Source: Parcubacteria group bacterium GW2011_GWA2_36_10
GTDB lineage: Bacteria > Patescibacteriota > Patescibacteriia > UBA1558 > GWA2-36-10
NCBI GenBank assembly: GCA_000991205.1
Contig: LBRC01000001.1
Coordinates: 1 to 47,664 of the forward strand
Direction: 5' to 3'
DNA length: 47,664 nt
Every line of letters starts with the position of its first letter. The first letter of the stretch is position 1. Positions 1 to 9,694 of this stretch are shown one piece after another. The notes under the pieces are model-generated. The model did not search any database and was not told the DNA's origin. It saw only the letters and a list, made by a program, of their open reading frames with translations. Position numbers and translations under genes: made by a program.

Positions 1-1049
1 AATAAAAATGGCCAAGCTAAAAATAATAAATAAATAATCAAACCAAGCATCCCTGTCTCAACTAAATAATCTAAATACTGATTATGCGCTTTATCAAACC
101 ACATTGGCGTGCCTGGTCCAGTATAAATCTTATTATCTAAATATTTGTTAAAAACAATTTGAAAATTATTTCGTCCCCAGCCAAGCATTGGTTTATCTAA
201 AAATCCCTGATAAGCAGCATCCCAAGCTACCAATCTGGTTTCTACAGTTGCATCGTCTAAAGTAACTCGTCTGTGTCTTTGATCAGAAATAAAATATAGG
301 CTAAGAAAAGAAAAAATTACTAAAATGCTAGCTATTTTTAAAGCACGCCAATTTTTGGTTTTAATAAATTGGCAAATTTGCCAAAGAGCTAAAAATAATA
401 AGCTCACAAATAAGGCTAGCCAAGCACCACGAGATTGTGTCCAGTAAATAATAGGCACACTAAAAACTGCCACCGCTAAATGTAAATATCGATATTTATG
501 TTCAGATACAAATAAAAATAAACTCAAATAAAAAGCTAATAATAAATAATGAGCTAAAAAATTAGCATTACCAATCAAAGCATACACGCGTCCAGCTTGA
601 TCATCAGCCATAAACCAGAAAGAAAATTTTTGTCCCCAAGCCCAAATAATAGTGGCTAAAAAAATCAACTGCTGGGTAAAAAATAATTTTTGCCAAGCTG
701 TCTTATATTTAAAAGCAATAAGTATGGCAATAAAAAATATTAAAAACGGCCAGTAATAAAATAAGCCATCCATCCTTTGCCAGTCACCCCAAAAACTACG
801 ATTATAATCTACACTAAATAAAGCTAAGACAAATTGCAAAATAAACCAGCTAACTAGTACTAGAAAATATTTATTTTGCCATAAATTTTTAGTTTGTGCT
901 AAAAAATAGAAAACTAAGGGCAAAGTCAATAAAATAAAAGTAAAGAAATAAAAATACTGGCTAGTGACATAAGGCTGAAAAAAATGTAAATCTAAAAATA
1001 GTGGCGTAAAGAGAGTTAATATTAATAAATATTGTAAAAGCTTTTTCAT
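1..1049 (-). CDS. O-antigen ligase/polymerase-like (Wzy_C family) polytopic membrane protein, C-terminal part cut off by the window edge
   Basis: Not in the supplied ORF track. My own minus-strand translation from the ATG (complement of 1047-1049) stays open to position 1: MKKLLQYLLILTLFTPLFLDL...WTQSRGAWLALFVSLL...DKPMLGWGRNNFQIVFNKYL...WFDKAHNQYLDYLVETGMLG. The motifs are the same as in the neighbouring 701-aa paralog. Confidence 0.75.
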   Translation of the reverse strand, partial: MKKLLQYLLILTLFTPLFLDLHFFQPYVTSQYFYFFTFILLTLPLVFYFLAQTKNLWQNKYFLVLVSWFILQFVLALFSVDYNRSFWGDWQRMDGLFYYWPFLIFFIAILIAFKYKTAWQKLFFTQQLIFLATIIWAWGQKFSFWFMADDQAGRVYALIGNANFLAHYLLLAFYLSLFLFVSEHKYRYLHLAVAVFSVPIIYWTQSRGAWLALFVSLLFLALWQICQFIKTKNWRALKIASILVIFSFLSLYFISDQRHRRVTLDDATVETRLVAWDAAYQGFLDKPMLGWGRNNFQIVFNKYLDNKIYTGPGTPMWFDKAHNQYLDYLVETGMLGLIIYLLFLAWPFL

Positions 1050-1057
1050 CTGTAGAC

Positions 1058-3163
1058 TTATTTGACCAAATATTTATTGAGAGTTTCTTTTAAAATAGTC
1101 TCTGTAGCTGGCAAAGAGTTAACAAAATTATTAAGCTGCGTTATTTCTGTATCCAAAAAATCAACTTGATTATTTTTTTGATTTAAAACTACAATATTTT
1201 GCAAAGAAAAATCTACACCCACTAAATCTTTAGCAGTCACCGCTACTCTAAAATTATTCCAATAAACTGCTTTGGCCCAAGGTGCTAAATCAACTAATTG
1301 TTGTGCCACAATTATCGCTTTATCTACTTTATTGTTAGCTAAATAAGCACTAGTCAAACGCAATAAAGTGTCTGGTCTTTGCGGTGCTAGCTGATGTAAA
1401 TGCTCTAGTAAAACAATATTTTTTTCCACAAATTCTGGCTGGTAAGTCTGAAAAGTACTATAAAAATCTACCAAAAAGAAAGCCATCCGCACATCATCTG
1501 GATATTTATTTACTATATCTTCTAAAACAAGTGCTGTTTTATTAAAAAATTCTGTCTTAACTTTAGTATCTACACTTTGATTTTGCACTAAAGCTAAAGT
1601 AACTTTTTGCAAATTTTCTGTTTTTTCTTTTATCCCTAAATAAGAGGCATTAAAAGACCTGTCCCAAGAGTCTAGAGCCATGCTTAAATCCGCTGTTGTT
1701 TTAGCATTGTAAGAATAGCTTAAAAATTTTATCAAAGATAAATTACTACTTAAAGAAGAAAAATAAAAAAAATATACACTTAAAATTAAAAAAATCGTAG
1801 ATAAACTAAGACCAATAAAATATTTATACTTAGTAAAAAGATTAAAAAATTTATCCAAAGAAATATTAGCATTTTCTTGCCATAAAAAGGCTAAGATGAG
1901 ATATAAAATAATATTGGTATTGACGCTATCAAAAATAAACAAATCATGCACTAAAAAACTTAATAAAAAAGCTGACCAAAATAAAGAAAAAAACCATTCA
2001 TTTTTATCTTTCAAATATTTTTTATACAATAAATAAATAAGATAAAAAAATACACTTAAATACAAAATAAAACCAACTATACCGCCTTGCACTAAATGCT
2101 GGACTAAAATATTATGTGGCCGATCAAACCAAACTTCAGAACCAGTATCATGAAAAATTTCTATCGGAAAATATTTATTAAACACATAAATAAAATTTTC
2201 TTCCCCCCAGCCAAAAATTGGTTTTTCTTTTACACCTTCCAAGCTATTACGCCAAATCATAAGTCTTGATTGAGCGGTGGTATCACTCAAAGAAATATTA
2301 GAAATTTTACTAAACAAAGAAACATCTTTTACCCAAGTAGCTTGTTTTTGGGTAAATAATAAAGTCACAAAAGTAAAAATAGCTATTAATAAAATTAAAG
2401 CGCCATAATAAAACTTATTTCTATCTTTTCTTTGCACTAACAAATATCCCAAAACAAATAAAACCGCAAAAACTAATAAACCTAAAAACGCTCCTCTAGT
2501 TTGAGTGCTGATTAAAATAAAGATAAACAAAATTAAACTACCAATATAAAAATAACGCCAGATAACTTTACGCCACTCCACTTTTAGTAAATAAATAGCC
2601 AGAAAACTATGCAACATCAAATAAGAAGCCACATAAGCTGCATTACCCATCAAAGCGGTTAATCTGACACCACCAGTAGAAGCCATGACAAAACTCCAGC
2701 CAAGCCTCTGTCCCAAGGCTATCAAAGCAGTGATTATTGCGCTAAATAAAGAAATTTTAAAAAAACCGTACCATTGTTCTTTATTTTTAAAGATGCCTAG
2801 CAAAACAATGACATATAATATAATATGTAACCAATTTACCAGGCCATCCATACGCTCAAAATTGCTCCAAAAACTATAAGCAAAATGCCCACCTAAAATA
2901 CTAGAAATTGTCAAAGAAATAACAAATAAAAAAAATAAAATAAAACCTTTATTAAATCTTGGCCTAAAATTTATATCTACTATAGATAAATAAAGGCACA
3001 AACTGAAAACAATATCTATAATTAAACGAAAAAATAAATTTCTCGGTACAATAAAGGGAAAATAAAAATTTTGTAAGAGAATTAAAGGCGTAAATAAGAT
3101 TAAAGCTAAACCAATTTTGATAGCCGTAACTAAATGGCGATGTGATGATGAGGAATTAAGCAT
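1058..3163 (-). CDS. Wzy_C-family (O-antigen ligase/polymerase/O-oligosaccharyltransferase-like) membrane protein with C-terminal TPR-like extracytoplasmic domain
   Basis: 701-aa ORF with many hydrophobic helices. Motifs: TQTRGAFLGLLVFAVLF, EKPIFGWGEENFIYVFNKYF, WFDRPHNILVQHLVQGG. The C-terminal ~240 aa are soluble and helical-repeat-like (LAPQRPDTLLRLTSAYLANNKVDKAIIVAQQLVDLAP). An 8-nt gap separates it from the next paralog. Confidence 0.8.
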   Translation of the reverse strand: MLNSSSSHRHLVTAIKIGLALILFTPLILLQNFYFPFIVPRNLFFRLIIDIVFSLCLYLSIVDINFRPRFNKGFILFFLFVISLTISSILGGHFAYSFWSNFERMDGLVNWLHIILYVIVLLGIFKNKEQWYGFFKISLFSAIITALIALGQRLGWSFVMASTGGVRLTALMGNAAYVASYLMLHSFLAIYLLKVEWRKVIWRYFYIGSLILFIFILISTQTRGAFLGLLVFAVLFVLGYLLVQRKDRNKFYYGALILLIAIFTFVTLLFTQKQATWVKDVSLFSKISNISLSDTTAQSRLMIWRNSLEGVKEKPIFGWGEENFIYVFNKYFPIEIFHDTGSEVWFDRPHNILVQHLVQGGIVGFILYLSVFFYLIYLLYKKYLKDKNEWFFSLFWSAFLLSFLVHDLFIFDSVNTNIILYLILAFLWQENANISLDKFFNLFTKYKYFIGLSLSTIFLILSVYFFYFSSLSSNLSLIKFLSYSYNAKTTADLSMALDSWDRSFNASYLGIKEKTENLQKVTLALVQNQSVDTKVKTEFFNKTALVLEDIVNKYPDDVRMAFFLVDFYSTFQTYQPEFVEKNIVLLEHLHQLAPQRPDTLLRLTSAYLANNKVDKAIIVAQQLVDLAPWAKAVYWNNFRVAVTAKDLVGVDFSLQNIVVLNQKNNQVDFLDTEITQLNNFVNSLPATETILKETLNKYLVK

Positions 3164-3194
3164 AAAAAAATAAACTAATGATAAAAATTAATAT

Positions 3195-3224
3195 TTGACA
3201 AAATATGGGTATTTTTATTATAAT
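3195..3224 (+). promoter_or_regulatory. sigma70-like promoter for the sugar-phosphate transferase gene (TTGACA-N18-TATAAT)
   Basis: TTGACA at 3195-3200 and TATAAT at 3219-3224, read directly. Lies in the 88-nt divergent intergenic region, 27 nt upstream of the ATG at 3252. Confidence 0.4.
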
Positions 3225-3251
3225 ATAAAAAGTTAAGAAAAACAACTATAT

Positions 3252-4619
3252 ATGAAAAAAGTATTACTTTTATTGGGAGATGTGGCCATATTATTTAGTA
3301 GTTTAGCCATAACTCTACGTATCAGATTTGGCCATCTAAACCAAGAATTATGGCAAAGCCACTTTTGGCCATTTACCATCATCTTCATTTTATGGCTAAT
3401 TGTCTTTTTTATCAATGGTCTATACGAAATACGCAAAGTGCGCAATGACTATAAATTTTACGGCCAATTAGTTAATAATCTACTAGTCAATGTCCTAATC
3501 GCCTTTTCTTTCTTCTACTTTATCTTGGGTCGTTTTAGCGATATCAAACCACAGACTGTTTTAATTATCTTAATTATTATCTTTGCCGTTTTGTGGATCT
3601 TATGGCGTAAAATATTCTTCTCCCTAATATCTAGCGCAAAATTATCTAATAATCTAGTCATTATCGGCATCAGCCCAGAATCTTTACTACTAGCCGAGGA
3701 AATCATCACTAAACCACACTTGGGTTATAGTTTAAAATTATTTTTTAACCCAGATTTCTCTAGTATCCCAGAAAAATTTCAAATTATCCCTAGTAAAAAA
3801 GATTTGCTTGATCTCAAAAACGAATTAATCAAATACAAAATAGACACAATTGTCGTAGTAAATAATCCTAAGTATAGCCCAGAAGTAGCTAGACATTTAT
3901 TTGAAAGTATTGACCTGAATGTAAACTATTTCAATTTAACTGATTTCTACGAAAAAATTACCGGTAAGATTTTAATCAGTTCTTTAGAAAGAAGTTGGTT
4001 TTTTGAAAATCTTAGCCAAAAAAATAATCGTTTATTTTTACTGATTAAACGTTTTTATGACTTATTATTTGCTAGTGTTTTTGGTCTTGTGTCTTTAATT
4101 TTCCTACCAATTCTTGCTTTAGCTATCAAGCTGGAAAGTAAAGGACCATTAATATACAAACAAACCAGAGTTGGTTTAAGAGGGAAAGAATTTTATGCTT
4201 ATAAATTCCGCTCCATGATCATGGATGCTGAAAAAAATACCGGAGCCCAATGGGCTGCAACTAAAGACAAAAGAGTCACTAGAACAGGTAAATTTATCCG
4301 TAAAAGTCGTATTGATGAAATTCCACAATTTTGGAATATTTTAAAAGGAGAAATGAGTTTTGTGGGTCCTCGTCCGGAAAGACCTGAATTTGTCGAGACT
4401 CTAAAAAAAGAAATACCTTTCTTTAATGAAAGGCATTTAGTTAAACCAGGCTTAACTGGTTGGGCACAAATTAATTTTCCTTATGGCGCTAGTGTAGAAG
4501 ATGCTAAAGAAAAATTACAATACGATTTATTTTATATCAAGAATCAAAGTATTGCTCTAGATATTTCTATTATTTTAAAAACTATCAATACTATTTTTAA
4601 TCGTAGTTTAGGGAGATAA
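3252..4619 (+). CDS. polyprenyl-phosphate glycosyl-1-phosphate transferase (bacterial sugar transferase family, WbaP/PglC-type initiating enzyme)
   Basis: 455 aa with N-terminal TM helices. The C-terminal catalytic domain carries family hallmarks: KGPLIYKQTRVGLRGKEFYAYKFRSM, RIDEIPQFWNILKGEMSFVGPRPERPEF, PGLTGWAQIN. Confidence 0.9.
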   Translation: MKKVLLLLGDVAILFSSLAITLRIRFGHLNQELWQSHFWPFTIIFILWLIVFFINGLYEIRKVRNDYKFYGQLVNNLLVNVLIAFSFFYFILGRFSDIKPQTVLIILIIIFAVLWILWRKIFFSLISSAKLSNNLVIIGISPESLLLAEEIITKPHLGYSLKLFFNPDFSSIPEKFQIIPSKKDLLDLKNELIKYKIDTIVVVNNPKYSPEVARHLFESIDLNVNYFNLTDFYEKITGKILISSLERSWFFENLSQKNNRLFLLIKRFYDLLFASVFGLVSLIFLPILALAIKLESKGPLIYKQTRVGLRGKEFYAYKFRSMIMDAEKNTGAQWAATKDKRVTRTGKFIRKSRIDEIPQFWNILKGEMSFVGPRPERPEFVETLKKEIPFFNERHLVKPGLTGWAQINFPYGASVEDAKEKLQYDLFYIKNQSIALDISIILKTINTIFNRSLGR

Positions 4620-4621
4620 AA

Positions 4622-5859
4622 TTAATTATTTATTAATTCACGATAATAATTAATTTGTTTTTCAATCAAAATTTTGGAATTATAATTAGCCAAAACATGC
4701 TGACGACCATTAATAGAAAACTCTTTCCATTGTTTTCTATTTTTTATTGCCAAAAGTATTTTCTCTGCCAAAACATTATAATCATTTTCTGGGGCCAACC
4801 AACCGTTGTATCCTTCTATGACCTGTTCTGGCAATCCACTGTGCTTAGTCGTTATCACTGGCACACCAGACGCTAAAGATTGTGATATAATGAGATTCAT
4901 ATTCTTATAAATTATTCCATATCGCCGTTCTTGGCGGTTTTAGATGGCTGAATAAATAAATCAATATTTTTGAAAAAATTTAAAACTTCTTCAACTTGCA
5001 TATAACCATGATAAGTGACTATATCATTTATATTTAAATCAGTTGTTAGCTTTTTTAAATCTTCCTCTAAAGGTCCACCGCCAATAATATGACATTTTAT
5101 ATTTTTAGCGGTCTTTTTTTTGACAATTTCCAAAGCTCTCAATAAATCATCGAAGCCTTTCTTTTCAACAAATCTACCAACAGAAGCAATATCTATACTA
5201 TCTGAATTATTCACTCTTGATTGAAAATGATACTCTTCTACATCAATGCCGACTGGATGAACTATTACTTTGTCCGCATCGAAACCATACCGCACAACTC
5301 TTTGCTTCATATCTTCTGACATGACAAAAAATAAACTACCTATTTTTTTTAACTTATCATAATAACTTTTACCTTTAGTTTTGAAAAGATGACTTACATC
5401 ATAACCATAAAATGTAGTGATAATCTTTACTTTTATATTTAATATTTCTCTGATTATTAAAAATTTATTGGCAGTAGTGCCAAAATGACAATGCACAATA
5501 TCAAATTTCTTACCCAAAAATGGCTCTATCCAAAATAATAGTTTTAAAGATAAGGCGTTTCGTCCATATTTTTTAGCATTAAAAACATCTTTCAATAATG
5601 CCGGTTGAGAAAATAAAATTCTCAAAAACTTAGGGGCAGCCAAAATTATTCTCTCTATCCAGCTATGAGGCCAAACTAGATAATGCGTTCTTTGTTGCAT
5701 TTTATAATCAAAAAACTTTTGACTAATATTATGGTCAATTTTTACTTTGTCTAAAGCAAATATCTGCACATCTATTCCATGATCTAATAGACCCGCTACT
5801 TGATCAATAATAAATGTGGAAATAGTTGGAAAATCTCCTACAATAAAAGCTACTTTCAT
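4622..5859 (-). pseudogene. GT4 (group 1) glycosyltransferase interrupted by a stop plus frame change inside the conserved C-terminal sugar-nucleotide-binding motif
   Basis: The 315-aa ORF ends ...FIQPSKTAKNGDME*. The 92-aa ORF in another frame resumes MNLIISQSLASGVPVITTKHSGLPEQVIEGYNGWL. In intact GT4 enzymes PS..E.G....EAMA.G.PV is one continuous motif. Start coordinates 5859 and 4900 differ modulo 3. Confidence 0.6.
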
Positions 5860-6959
5860 TTGTAAAATTCCTTAATGGATTTAATAACATAATCAATTTC
5901 TCCGTTGGTCATCTCTGGATAAATAGGCAAAGAAACTATTTCTTGCATAATTTTCACTGTCTCTAGTAAAGCGTAATCTTTAACTTTTAAAAAAGCATAA
6001 GCTGGTTGTTGAAAAATTGGCTTAGGATAATGCACGCCAGTTTGCACACCGTGTGTATTTAAAAAATCACGAAATTTTTCTCTGCTTTGGCATCGAATCA
6101 CAAAAAGATGCCAAACTGCTTGATAAATTTTATCATTTTTCGGTGGCAAAATGATTGGCAAATTTTTTAAACTAGCTAAATACATACTAGCTATTGCCTC
6201 TCTACGTTGATTCCATTTGTCTACCTTTTTTAAATCTGTATTTAAAAAAGAAGCTTGTATTTCGTCTAAACGACTATTACCGCCTTCATAAATATTATTA
6301 AATTTAGCCTCTTCGCCATAATTTCTCAAAGCTTTAATCTTTAAAGCTAAGTCTTTATTTTTAGTCACAATCGCACCCGCGTCACCAAAAGCACCAAGAT
6401 TTTTAGTGGGGTAAAAACTAAAACAAGCAATATCGCCAAAAGTACCAACTTTTTTATGCTTATAGATAGCTCCAAAAGCTTGTGCCACATCTTCTACGAC
6501 GTATAAAGAATGTTTTTTAGCTAATGATAAAATACTTGTCATATCAGCTGGTCGCCCATATAAATGCACTGGTAAAATAGCTTTTGTTTTTTTAGAAATT
6601 TTCTTTTCGATTAAAGCTACGTCTATATTAAAATCATCAGGATTAACATCGACAAAAATTGGTGTAGCACCAGTCATACGGATAGCAGAAATCGTAGGTG
6701 TAGCGGTATTAGCTACTGTAATTACCTCATCACCATTACCGATATTTAAAGCTTTTAAAGCTAAAAATATTGCGTCTGTGCCAGAATTTACACCAATGGC
6801 ATACTTGATATCTAAATAAATTGCTAAATTTTTTTCAAAATTATCTAATTCTGGGCCTAAAATAAACCAACCATTTTTAAAAACTTTTTCTATGGCTAAA
6901 TTAATATCTTTTTTATTGTTCTGATATTTACGAACAAAATTGTTAAATAAAACTTTCAT
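5856..6959 (-). CDS. DegT/DnrJ/EryC1/StrS-family PLP-dependent sugar aminotransferase (FdtB/QdtB/TylB-like by context)
   Basis: 367 aa. Motifs: LDNFEKNLAIYL, AIGVNSGTDAIFLALKAL, FSFYPTKNLGAFGDAGAIVT (Lys-containing PLP motif). ATGA overlap with the downstream gene. Confidence 0.9.
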   Translation of the reverse strand: MKVLFNNFVRKYQNNKKDINLAIEKVFKNGWFILGPELDNFEKNLAIYLDIKYAIGVNSGTDAIFLALKALNIGNGDEVITVANTATPTISAIRMTGATPIFVDVNPDDFNIDVALIEKKISKKTKAILPVHLYGRPADMTSILSLAKKHSLYVVEDVAQAFGAIYKHKKVGTFGDIACFSFYPTKNLGAFGDAGAIVTKNKDLALKIKALRNYGEEAKFNNIYEGGNSRLDEIQASFLNTDLKKVDKWNQRREAIASMYLASLKNLPIILPPKNDKIYQAVWHLFVIRCQSREKFRDFLNTHGVQTGVHYPKPIFQQPAYAFLKVKDYALLETVKIMQEIVSLPIYPEMTNGEIDYVIKSIKEFYK

Positions 6960-6967
6960 AGTTTATT

Positions 6968-8188
6968 TTATATTTTTATATACTTTAAAAATTCATTATA
7001 ATCTCTAATATAATCTGCTTCATCGTAATAATCGGCAGAAAAAACTAAAATTACACAATCATTAGAAAAATTAGACATTTCATGCCATAGTTTAACTCCT
7101 AACCTAATGCCATAATATGGACTATCTAAAATTAATTCTTGCTTATTTGCACCATCATCCAATAATAGTTTAAAACTTCCGTTAACACAAAAAATGTATT
7201 GTTCTAATTTTTTATGAGCATGTTTGCCTCTGATGGCGGTTTGGTTGCCTAAATTCGTTATATAATAAACCCTTTTGATATCAAATGGCACGCTTCTTTG
7301 TGATTCAGCAATCACCAGATTACCATCAGCATGATCATCGAAATACTTAAGTCTCACCACGCCAGAATGTTTGACTTTGATATTATCATCTTGACTATCT
7401 GTAATATTTTCTTTTTTTCTCGCGACAAAAAGAATCTCGAAACCAAAATTTTTAGAAAAAAATCTATTAGTAAATTTATCTAAAAATTTAGTCACGCGAT
7501 TAATTGCTTTACCTAAAAATTTAAAAAATGGGCTAATATACTTTAATCTAAAAACACCGTAAGCTGGATAAAAACCATCTTCAGAAACTAATAAGAGATC
7601 ATTTTTTATTACTAAATCTTTTAAATCACTGTGAGAATATGATCTTTCAAAATGATAAAGATATTTTTTTCTACTTAATTTTATCAATAATTTATAAATA
7701 GAGTGAAAATTATATTTATTCACACCAGATACCATCATCAATCCACCAGGCTTTAAAATTCTCTTCATCTCCCTAATAGCGTCTGAATCCCTCGATAAAT
7801 GTTGAATAACCACATCACAAAATATTAAATCAAAATGATTATCTGGAAATGAAAAATTAAATATATCTTCTTGTTTCACCTTCATGTTACTCAAGCTAGA
7901 CCATTGAACTAAATTTTTCATAAAATCCACCGACGACTGCACTATATCACTTAAGACAACTTCTGCCTGAGGGAAATCACGCGCTATTTGTAAACCATAT
8001 CTACCACTACCAGAGCCAACGTCTAATACCTTAAGATTATCTACTTTTGGTATATATTTTTTAAAAACAGGATAGCCTTCCAAAAATAAACGTTGCGTAA
8101 AAAGTGATGTAAAATCTGACTTGGCTTGTCTTTGCCAAAAAGCACCCCAAACCTGATTTACGTCTTCTTGATTTATAACATTTTTCAT
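6968..8188 (-). CDS. fusion protein: class I SAM methyltransferase (N-terminal) + FdtA/QdtA/Tyl1a-type dTDP-4-keto-6-deoxyhexose 3,4-ketoisomerase cupin domain (C-terminal)
   Basis: N-terminal domain: VLDVGSGSGRYG ... FDLIFCDVVIQHL ... LKPGGLMMVS. C-terminal domain: FDIKRVYYITN...RGKHAHKKLEQYIFCVNGSFKLLLDDG...LDSPYYGIRLGVKLWHEMSNFSNDCVILVFSADYYDEADYIRDY. From memory this closely follows the FdtA sequence pattern, including the HAHKK histidines. Confidence 0.75.
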   Translation of the reverse strand: MKNVINQEDVNQVWGAFWQRQAKSDFTSLFTQRLFLEGYPVFKKYIPKVDNLKVLDVGSGSGRYGLQIARDFPQAEVVLSDIVQSSVDFMKNLVQWSSLSNMKVKQEDIFNFSFPDNHFDLIFCDVVIQHLSRDSDAIREMKRILKPGGLMMVSGVNKYNFHSIYKLLIKLSRKKYLYHFERSYSHSDLKDLVIKNDLLLVSEDGFYPAYGVFRLKYISPFFKFLGKAINRVTKFLDKFTNRFFSKNFGFEILFVARKKENITDSQDDNIKVKHSGVVRLKYFDDHADGNLVIAESQRSVPFDIKRVYYITNLGNQTAIRGKHAHKKLEQYIFCVNGSFKLLLDDGANKQELILDSPYYGIRLGVKLWHEMSNFSNDCVILVFSADYYDEADYIRDYNEFLKYIKI

Positions 8189-9690
8189 AAATTTTTTTTA
8201 ATTAATGACAAAGAAGACCTAAATCTTTTACCAAATAATTTATCTAAAAACAAGAGCGCTATTATATAAGATATGATTCCTATAAAAATATAAAAAAATA
8301 AAGCTAAGAGACTATCATTGTGTGATAAAGATTTAGTCATAAAAATTACGGCTAACATAAAAATACTAGCAGAAACTGGTAAACTGAAAATTTCTAAAAA
8401 ACCTAAAAAACCTAAATTAATTTCTTTACGCAATTTAAATAATAAATATAATTGAGCAATAAAACTACTAAATAACACAGCAATAGCTGTACCAAAAGCA
8501 GAAAATTTCAAAGTCAAAAACCACATCAATGGCAACATGATTAAAGCCTGTAAAATTAAAGAAGTACTAGCTACCTTTGGTTTACCTATACCTAAAAATA
8601 ATGGATTAGCAATCAACTCAAAGGCCTTTACTAGCCCTAGTATCACTATAACATATAAAATCTGAGTCATTGGTAGCCATTTCGCACCATAAAAATTTAA
8701 TATTATTTGATAAGATAAAATACCCAGACCAAGTGAAGCGGGAATAGAAAAAGCAAAGATAATTCTAGCTACTTTGATAAACATTTCTCTTAAAAATAAA
8801 CGGTCGCTACTAATTTTAGCAAAAAAAGGAAATAGTAATGCACCCAAAGAGCGCACTATCTCTGTGGCTGGCAAAATACCCAATCCCATGGCTAATTGAT
8901 AAAAACCTAAATTATCTAAGGGCAGTAAATAACCTATTAAGATAGAATCTGCTTTAGTAACCAAAAAGGTGATAATACCTATTAAACTAATCCATTTACC
9001 GTAAGCAAATAAAATTTTTACCTTTTTCCATTCAAAAAGAAACCTTGGCTTAAATGGACAAAATACATAAGATAAAACAACTGCAATCAATCTACCGGTA
9101 ATTACTCCAATAATTAAAGCCCAAACATTTTTTAATACAAAAGCCGCAATGATAGTCAATAAAACTTCAAATAAAACTACTAAAATATCATAAAAAAATT
9201 TCTTATGAAATTCTAAATTTTTTTGCAATAAAACAATGCCAATATTTTCAAAAGCCATCAAAAATAAAACTATAGATAGAACTTGCGATAAAATCACGAC
9301 TTGCGGATTATGAAAAAAAATACCCGCCAAAGGTGAGGCTACAAAAAATAAAACAAAAGCTAAAAATAAATTTCTAAAAAAATTTATAGTCCAAGCGATT
9401 TGTAAATATCTCTGAATATCCCCTTTTATTTGAATAAGAGCATTATTAAAACCCGTTTGCGAAAAAGTTTCCACTAATGACATGGTCAAAGTGGCTAAAG
9501 CAAATAAACCAAAATCGCCTGGAAATAGCAATCTCGCCAAAATTAAAGTTCTAATAAAATAAATAAATTTAATTAATACTCTAACAAAGATAATTAGAAA
9601 ACCACCCCTAGTTACCTGCTGACTCAAAACACTTGAATCTGTCCAAAGACCAAAAAACTTTTTTATAATTTTTTTAAAACTAAGACTCAT
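8185..9690 (-). CDS. Wzx-like polysaccharide/oligosaccharide flippase (MOP superfamily)
   Basis: 501 aa and hydrophobic throughout, with about 12-14 predicted helices. Located in a glycan cluster, with 4-nt overlap with the downstream gene. Confidence 0.75.
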   Translation of the reverse strand: MSLSFKKIIKKFFGLWTDSSVLSQQVTRGGFLIIFVRVLIKFIYFIRTLILARLLFPGDFGLFALATLTMSLVETFSQTGFNNALIQIKGDIQRYLQIAWTINFFRNLFLAFVLFFVASPLAGIFFHNPQVVILSQVLSIVLFLMAFENIGIVLLQKNLEFHKKFFYDILVVLFEVLLTIIAAFVLKNVWALIIGVITGRLIAVVLSYVFCPFKPRFLFEWKKVKILFAYGKWISLIGIITFLVTKADSILIGYLLPLDNLGFYQLAMGLGILPATEIVRSLGALLFPFFAKISSDRLFLREMFIKVARIIFAFSIPASLGLGILSYQIILNFYGAKWLPMTQILYVIVILGLVKAFELIANPLFLGIGKPKVASTSLILQALIMLPLMWFLTLKFSAFGTAIAVLFSSFIAQLYLLFKLRKEINLGFLGFLEIFSLPVSASIFMLAVIFMTKSLSHNDSLLALFFYIFIGIISYIIALLFLDKLFGKRFRSSLSLIKKNL

Positions 9691-9694
9691 TGCT

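Noticed and set aside
5101-5360. A9/A8 homopolymer tracts inside the GT4 gene (for example around 5114-5122 and 5344-5351) as phase-variation switches.
   Set aside because: Such runs are frequent throughout this ~28% GC sequence, in coding and non-coding DNA alike. The actual gene break at 4901-4911 is not at a homopolymer.
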